This document shows positions 58,942 through 64,000 of a stretch of DNA of 64,000 nucleotides, in pieces. The position numbers and the translations under genes were made by a program. Position 1 is the first letter of the stretch; each line of letters opens with the position of its first letter. This DNA comes from Candidatus Aldehydirespirator sp. (GTDB taxonomy: Bacteria; Actinomycetota; Acidimicrobiia; Acidimicrobiales; Aldehydirespiratoraceae): assembly GCA_965220485.1 (NCBI GenBank), contig OZ244832.1, positions 481,943 through 545,942 on the forward strand, in the 5' to 3' direction. A model generated the notes under the pieces. That model was not told the DNA's origin. It saw only the letters and a program-made list of their open reading frames with translations, and did no database searches.

Positions 58942-60750
58942 TTAGATGAGGGCCCATCGGTCAGGTGTGGAGCGCAGTCCGAGCACGCCGAGGCGCGCGA
59001 TGTTGGCGGCTGCGGCCAGCAGGTTGAAGTCGGCGTCGACTTTGGCCCGGCCGCGCACGCGGGCGTGGCGGCCGCCGTGTTTTCGGCGCACGAGGTGCGC
59101 GAGTTTGCGTTCGACTTTGGGGCGCACGGCTCGGTAGTCGTTTCGCCATGCGGGGTCCTGTTGGCGGGCGCGCGACGCGGCGAGCACGGCCTCGTTCGCG
59201 CCGATGCGCACGGTGCGGCCGCCGGCGGCGTCGGTGCAGCGGCCGCGCAGCGCGCACCCGTGGCAGGCCGCGCCGAATGCGGCGGTGCCCGAGCCGTCGC
59301 TGCGGGCTCTGATGGCGACGGTCGTGCCGGCGGGGCAGGTGACGGTGCCGCTGAGCAAATCGACTTCGAAGCGGTCCTTGGTGAAGCGGCCCCCCGGCGC
59401 GGCCGCGGGCTGGGTGCGGCACCTCGAGTTGATGCGGCTCTGCTGGAGCAGCCCCTGGAACTCGCCGCTGCCGTACGCGCTGTCGCCATAGACCGTGGGC
59501 CTGCCCGCGAACTCCTCCACAACCCCGCCGTCCTCGGCGCCCTCGGCTGCGGTGTCGGCGGTGTCGGCGTCCTCGGCGGTGTCGGCGTCCTCGGCGGTGT
59601 CGGCGGTCTCGGCGGTGTCGGCGGTCTCGGCGGTGTCGGCGGTCTCGGCGGTGTCGGCGGTCTCGGCGGTGTCGGCGGTCTCGGCGGTGTCGGCGTCCTC
59701 GGCGGTGTCGGTGTCGGCGGTGTCGGCGTCCTCGGTGTTGTTGAGGAGGTCGTTGATGAGTTCTGGTGCGGGTTGGGCGTCGGCGGTGTTGGCCGCGGTG
59801 ACGGCGGTGGCGGTGACCAGTTCGGAGTCGGGGTCCACCGCGGTGTGGCCCTTGTAGCCGTCGAAGCGTCTCGCGGTGGTTTTGCGGCCGTGGCGGGCGT
59901 CGGGGTCCACAGTGGACAGGACCCGGTCAGCGGCCACGCGCCGAGCGATCATGAAACGCCCGCCGTCGTTTTGGCACAGGTCCTGGCCGGCCACCGCGGC
60001 CAGCAGCTCAGCGGCCTCGCCGAGCGCGCCGGCGAGCTCGCGGCCCTCGAGCGCGGCGAGCACCGCGGCCGCGTCCGCGCCGAGGCGGTCCACCAGCTCC
60101 TGTCGGGCACCGGGGTCGTCCCAGTCGCAGCGGGGCCCGGCGCCTGGGGCGTAGTCGCCGCGCAGCGCCGCGGCCACCCCCACCGCCGCGTCAGCGGCCG
60201 CGGCGAGCACCGCGCCGATCGCGCGGTAAAGCATCGTCACGGTGTCCTGGGTCGCCACCGCGTCATATATCGGCACAGAGTCCAGCACCCGCCGCTGAGA
60301 CAGCGCCCCCGCCCCACGGGCCGCGTCGAGCACCGCGTCGAAGATCCGCCGCGGCTGCCCAGAGGCCGCCAGCCGGGCCCGCATCCCCACCAGCACCGTG
60401 TGGCAGAACCCCCCGCCGTCGACGCCGAGGCCCCCGCACGCGAACCGCCAGCGCAGATCGAACTCGAAAGCCGCGACCGCCTCACGATCAGACAACCCGA
60501 ACCAGCGCTGCAGCACCATCACAGTGGCCACCACCCGCGGCGGCACGCTGCGCCGCCCCCGCGAGCTGAACAGATCATCGAACATCCCGTCGGGGAACAA
60601 CCGCCGCCCCTCGCGCTCCAGCACCGCGAACACCGACTCCGCCGCCAGCCGCTCACCCACGAACCCCGACCCCCTGAACAAATCAGCCTGACACGGCTCC
60701 TGACCCACCGTCACAGCACGAACCTCCCCGAGAGACCGAACAACACCCAT
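58942..60750 (-). CDS. IS1182-family (IS5-like DDE) transposase with an internal acidic tandem repeat
   Basis: N-terminal DUF772-like region (SVPPRVVATVMVLQRWFGLSDREAV), DSAYGSGEF, a Cys-rich segment (TCPAG...CHGCALRGRCT) and the C-terminal RPKVERKLAHL...NLLAAAANIARL. Confidence 0.85.
   Translation of the reverse strand: MGVVRSLGEVRAVTVGQEPCQADLFRGSGFVGERLAAESVFAVLEREGRRLFPDGMFDDLFSSRGRRSVPPRVVATVMVLQRWFGLSDREAVAAFEFDLRWRFACGGLGVDGGGFCHTVLVGMRARLAASGQPRRIFDAVLDAARGAGALSQRRVLDSVPIYDAVATQDTVTMLYRAIGAVLAAAADAAVGVAAALRGDYAPGAGPRCDWDDPGARQELVDRLGADAAAVLAALEGRELAGALGEAAELLAAVAGQDLCQNDGGRFMIARRVAADRVLSTVDPDARHGRKTTARRFDGYKGHTAVDPDSELVTATAVTAANTADAQPAPELINDLLNNTEDADTADTDTAEDADTAETADTAETADTAETADTAETADTAETADTAEDADTAEDADTADTAAEGAEDGGVVEEFAGRPTVYGDSAYGSGEFQGLLQQSRINSRCRTQPAAAPGGRFTKDRFEVDLLSGTVTCPAGTTVAIRARSDGSGTAAFGAACHGCALRGRCTDAAGGRTVRIGANEAVLAASRARQQDPAWRNDYRAVRPKVERKLAHLVRRKHGGRHARVRGRAKVDADFNLLAAAANIARLGVLGLRSTPDRWALI
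59548..59735 (-). repeat. In-frame 18-bp tandem repeat (ADTAET/ADTAED units) inside the transposase gene
   Basis: GGCGGTGTCGGCGKYCTC units are directly visible. Confidence 0.9.
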
Positions 60751-60801
60751 GCAATTCTACCGCACCAGCCAGCCCGAAACCCGCAGAAAAACACCAGCCA
60801 C

Positions 60802-60908
60802 CTAGGTGGCTGGTGTTAAATGGCAATTTGCCACAATTCGCAAGTCGCTGACCTGGGGTTTTGTGACCGCAAAACCCCCATTTCGGGAGTTTGGCACCAG
60901 CCGCCTAG
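60802..60908 (+). mobile_element. 107-bp MITE (TIR CTAGGTGGCTGGTG)
   Basis: Shares CTAG with the IS end and with the next MITE. Confidence 0.9.
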
Positions 60909-61011
60909 GTGGCTGGTGTTAAATGGCAATTTGCCACAATCCGCAAGTCGCTGACCTGGGGTTTTGTGACCGCAAAACCTCCATTTCGGGAGTTTGGCAC
61001 CAGCCACCTAG
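60905..61011 (+). mobile_element. 107-bp MITE (TIR CTAGGTGGCTGGTG)
   Basis: Tandem to the previous copy, with a few substitutions. Confidence 0.9.
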
Positions 61012-61559
61012 GGCGGCGCTCGGGTTGATAGTTCGGTGTCGTCGGCGCCTCGGTGACCTGTGCTGTTGGCGGTGCTGTTGCTGCAGTGGCGGGGTGGGCT
61101 CTTGAAGTGGGTGTGGTCGTAGCCGTGGACGATGTTCAGTTTGAGGTTGTAGACCACCACGGTGGCGATAGCGGCCATCATGTTGGGGGCGTGGCCGAGA
61201 GCCTTGCAGGCCTCGCCGCCGAGGCCCTTGTCGGACTTGATCCTTCCGAACACGGGTTCCACAGCGTGGCGGCGGGCATAGGAGTTCTTCCACACTGTTG
61301 TGCCGTAGGGGTGTTCCTGCCCAAAGACATCCACAATCTCACGTCGCCCTCCTGTCCTCCAAGGCATTCGTGTGGGGCGAGCCAGCATCCACCGCGCCGC
61401 CATGATGCCCAGCGAGACGAATGCAACCGCCCAGGTGGAGCGTCCTGACGCAAGCAGCACGTACGGGAGACCGGGTCCCGCGTCGCCTGTCGCTTCAACA
61501 CGGCAAATCCCCAGGTCAGCGCCCATATGGAGAGACGCGCAGACGAATTCGTCCTTCAA
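61012..61559 (-). pseudogene. C-terminal fragment of a DDE transposase (IS4/IS5 superfamily)
   Basis: Y-x2-R-x3-E-x6-K signature in YARRHAVEPVFGRIK, followed by ...AIATVVVYNLKL. No N-terminal catalytic region is present, and it abuts the MITE stack. Confidence 0.55.
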
Positions 61560-61684
61560 TTCTGGGGAATCGGGTCTAGCGATTTGGGGAATGTCCCAAG
61601 ATCGGCGCTAGAACACCCTCGATGACCTGGCTAAACGTAACCCGTGACAACTCAGGGATGAGATGGTCCACGGTTAGCGGACTG

Positions 61685-62710
61685 CTATCGCAGCGATGAG
61701 GGCTTCTTGCGGATCTGGCGGGCCACCTCGGACACCCAGGATCGGGACACTCCCAACGCCTTAGCGATCTCGGCGTGTGTCCGGTTGCCTTTGCGGAGTG
61801 CGTCTTCGATCTGTGGGCGTTTGGTGGTGGGTCCCGTCGGTGTTGTGTCGTGGTCTCGGGTTCGCTGCCGTCGCGGCTTGTTTGCCGTGCCAGAGGAGGC
61901 GGCGCCAGCCACGTGGTGGGATCGGAAAGAGCATTGGACGATCAGCTCATCGACGGCGGCGCGGCACGCGTCGAGCCCGAACGGTGTCGGTGCTTGCGCG
62001 CCGAAGGCTTGCAGTTCGGCGAGGTAGTGCGGGTCGGCCCACTTGGCGTCGAGGTTCGATACGACGCGGCCGAGACTCCAGCCAGAGGTGCGGTAGTGCT
62101 GAAAGCGCGCCGCGGCCTGTTGGGCTGTGGTGAGCCCTGCCGCGGTGGCCGCCCACACGTCGTAGGTGTCGCGGGGCTGTTTGCGGCCGAAGACGGCGGC
62201 TGCTTTGGAGGCGATCATCTCTTCGGGGGTGACCGAGACGATCTCTGCTGTTGTGGTGTCGCCGGGGTGGGCGACGGTCAGGGTGCGGGTCTGCGTTTGG
62301 GCTGGGACCGCCGGCGGGCTGGTGGGTATGTCGACTGTGATCTTCATGGTCGCGCCATCGGCGTAGGTGGCTCTGTATGTGACATGTGACACCAACCGTC
62401 CGGAGCTGGCGCGTGTCCTGGTGCCGTCTAGCCCGACGCGTTGGCCCGCGGCGCGCAATGCGTCGAAGGTCGCGCCCATGGGGGTGTCCTCGGTGCGGGC
62501 GTAGTCGAGGTCTTTGCTGTAGCGCCACGGCTCGGGGAGCCACAGCTTGTGCAGGCAGGTGCCTCCCTTGAGTACGAGCGCTTCGGCCAGGTACTTGTCG
62601 TTGGCGACCTCTGCCATTAGCCGTGTCAACACGATGTCCTGCTCGACTTGCTGGGTGTCCCAGCCGGGGCGTCGCCGCGCCGCTGCGTCGATTTCGTGGC
62701 GGGGGATCAC
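61685..62710 (-). CDS. AbiEii/AbiGii-family nucleotidyltransferase toxin with a C-terminal HTH-like extension
   Basis: VEQDIVLTRLM...LVLKGGTCLHKLW...SKDLDY motifs. The GTG start overlaps the AbiEi stop (GTGA). The tail reads NRTHAEIAKALGVSRSWVSEVARQI. Confidence 0.8.
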   Translation of the reverse strand: MIPRHEIDAAARRRPGWDTQQVEQDIVLTRLMAEVANDKYLAEALVLKGGTCLHKLWLPEPWRYSKDLDYARTEDTPMGATFDALRAAGQRVGLDGTRTRASSGRLVSHVTYRATYADGATMKITVDIPTSPPAVPAQTQTRTLTVAHPGDTTTAEIVSVTPEEMIASKAAAVFGRKQPRDTYDVWAATAAGLTTAQQAAARFQHYRTSGWSLGRVVSNLDAKWADPHYLAELQAFGAQAPTPFGLDACRAAVDELIVQCSFRSHHVAGAASSGTANKPRRQRTRDHDTTPTGPTTKRPQIEDALRKGNRTHAEIAKALGVSRSWVSEVARQIRKKPSSLR

Positions 62711-63558
62711 ACCGAGTATTCGATGGCCATGTCGACGAGCACGCCCCAACGGGGGTCGACGCGTTCTTCGGCACCGCTGTCGAGGCGCAGGCACGATTCC
62801 CGGCCCGCTGAGAGCCTCACCGTGCGCTGGGGCAGCGCTTTGACGTATCCCGCAAGGGGCTCGAGGTCCAGCGGACTGTCCATGTCCCAGGCGAGCTCGG
62901 ACTGCAGCCGGTCAACGAGCAGCCCGCCGCGGCGCACGACCGCCGCCGGATACAGACGCGCCGCGCTCGCCAGCGCGGCGCCGTCGAGAGCATCAACTGT
63001 CAACAGTTCAGCGACGAGGGTCGCGGTGTGCGAGAGGCCCAGCGCCAGGTCCGGCCGCGCGATCAGATCGAACACGGTCGTCTCGGGCGACGCGACCTCG
63101 ACGGTCGCGCCTGCTCGGGCGAGTGACCGCACGGGCAGGCGATCCAGGTCGGGGCGTGTCACGAACATCACCGGCCAGGAGCCGAGGCGGCGGCTGCGCA
63201 GCCGCGCTGTCGTTATCACCTGCAGGTCCCACCACCCGAAGTGCGCCGCTCCGTACATGGCCGCGGCGCTGCGATACCCCAAGCAGTAGCGGTGCCCCAG
63301 ATGAGACATCATCTCGCCGATGTACTCCACCGGCGGGTTGGTGCCCGCCGCGCAACGCGCCGGGCTCACCGGCGCCCAGAGCCCCTTGGTGACCGACAGC
63401 ATGCGCTTGTCGCGCCGGGGCACAGCCAAGCTGCGCGACACCCGCTCCGCGCGCACCCCCAGCAGCGCAGCTACTTGCTCAGTGGTGACGACCCTGTCAC
63501 CGCGCTCGATCAGAAAATCAGCCAGACCTGCCGGCTTGACCACCCGAGTTGCGCCCAC
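62707..63558 (-). CDS. AbiEi-family antitoxin/transcriptional regulator
   Basis: N-terminal wHTH (VTTEQVAALLGVRAERVSRSLAV...LSVTKGLW) and a C-terminal AbiEi_4-like domain (GYRSAAAMYGAAH..., PETTVFDL). Confidence 0.8.
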   Translation of the reverse strand: MGATRVVKPAGLADFLIERGDRVVTTEQVAALLGVRAERVSRSLAVPRRDKRMLSVTKGLWAPVSPARCAAGTNPPVEYIGEMMSHLGHRYCLGYRSAAAMYGAAHFGWWDLQVITTARLRSRRLGSWPVMFVTRPDLDRLPVRSLARAGATVEVASPETTVFDLIARPDLALGLSHTATLVAELLTVDALDGAALASAARLYPAAVVRRGGLLVDRLQSELAWDMDSPLDLEPLAGYVKALPQRTVRLSAGRESCLRLDSGAEERVDPRWGVLVDMAIEYSV

Positions 63559-64000
63559 GACTCACATCATACCCGGCAGTTTGATACATAAAGCGTCGGA
63601 GATGCGGCAACAGATCCCCCTCGGCGCGCGACAGTCTCGCCACAGCGGGGCTCACAGCCGGCAACTAACCACCGAGGCTCAACCCAAGGCCCACCACGCC
63701 ACGAGACGCCTTCCGCATCACGCGCCGCTTGGAGCTCGGCGGCAGTCTCTCTCCCCTCCCCAAGAAGTCCACAACGCCACGCCCCCGGCTACGATCGCGC
63801 CATGCCGTTCAGACGGATCCTTCGCAGTCTGTTCAGTTCCGGTGGCGCCCTTCCTCCGGCCGACCGGCAACCTCCGGCCGACCGGCGACGCGAAGCGCCT
63901 GAGCTGAAGACCAGCGAGGACTGGCGAGAGGAATTCGAGCTTGAGAAAGAACTCAGGAGGGGAATGAGAGGCGACTGAGGGCCGACGACTGAGACGCCGT

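Larger units (their letters stand above)
58783..60805 (-). mobile_element. IS1182/IS5-superfamily insertion sequence (2023 bp)
   Basis: Ends CTAGGTGGCTGGTGCC... and ...ACACCAGCCACCTAG, enclosing a single transposase ORF. Confidence 0.85.

Noticed and set aside
63802-63978. 58-aa ORF MPFRRILRSLFSSGG...ELEKELRRGMRGD at the right edge
   Set aside because: It is short, has no recognisable family or convincing RBS, and lies in the AbiE upstream region, so support for calling it a gene is insufficient.

Overview
Visibly high-GC, actinobacterial-type chromosomal DNA. The first ~18 kb is a conserved housekeeping core: ispG, rimP-nusA-ylxR-infB-rbfA-truB-ribF, pepN, an ABC-2 exporter, a PfkB kinase, and TetR with an enoyl-CoA hydratase. 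From 18 to 47 kb, metabolic genes are mixed with accessory patches. The metabolic genes are two 2-hydroxyacid dehydrogenases, upp, add, a DEAD-box helicase, an SLH-fused M16 protease, and metX plus a trans-sulfuration enzyme behind a SAM-riboswitch-like leader. The accessory patches are a LacI/IS30 wreck, a low-GC islet, a type II R-M islet that appears to truncate an oxidoreductase gene, hipBA beside tRNA-Cys, and a tandem pair of lipoprotein serpins. From tRNA-Val (47.2 kb) to the end the DNA is clearly mobile or accessory. It holds a ~11 kb large-serine-recombinase element carrying a giant interrupted adhesin-like gene, two retropepsin-like proteases and three HTH paralogs. Beyond that lie an IS1182-like IS with four 107-bp MITEs nested end-to-end at CTAG, a transposase fragment, and an AbiEi/AbiEii module. 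Three repeat themes run through the window. (i) A ~140-bp intergenic element starts exactly on stop codons. (ii) MITEs share the IS termini. (iii) There are many short tandem-repeat arrays, both intergenic and in-frame in coding regions. I found no single clear-cut new multi-gene system. The most unusual items are the stop-codon-associated repeat family, the equivalent -1 frame break in two diverged HTH paralogs, the retropepsin/partner cassette, and the interrupted adhesin with its upstream poly-G tract. All calls rest on reading the sequence and ORF translations by eye; no searches were run.
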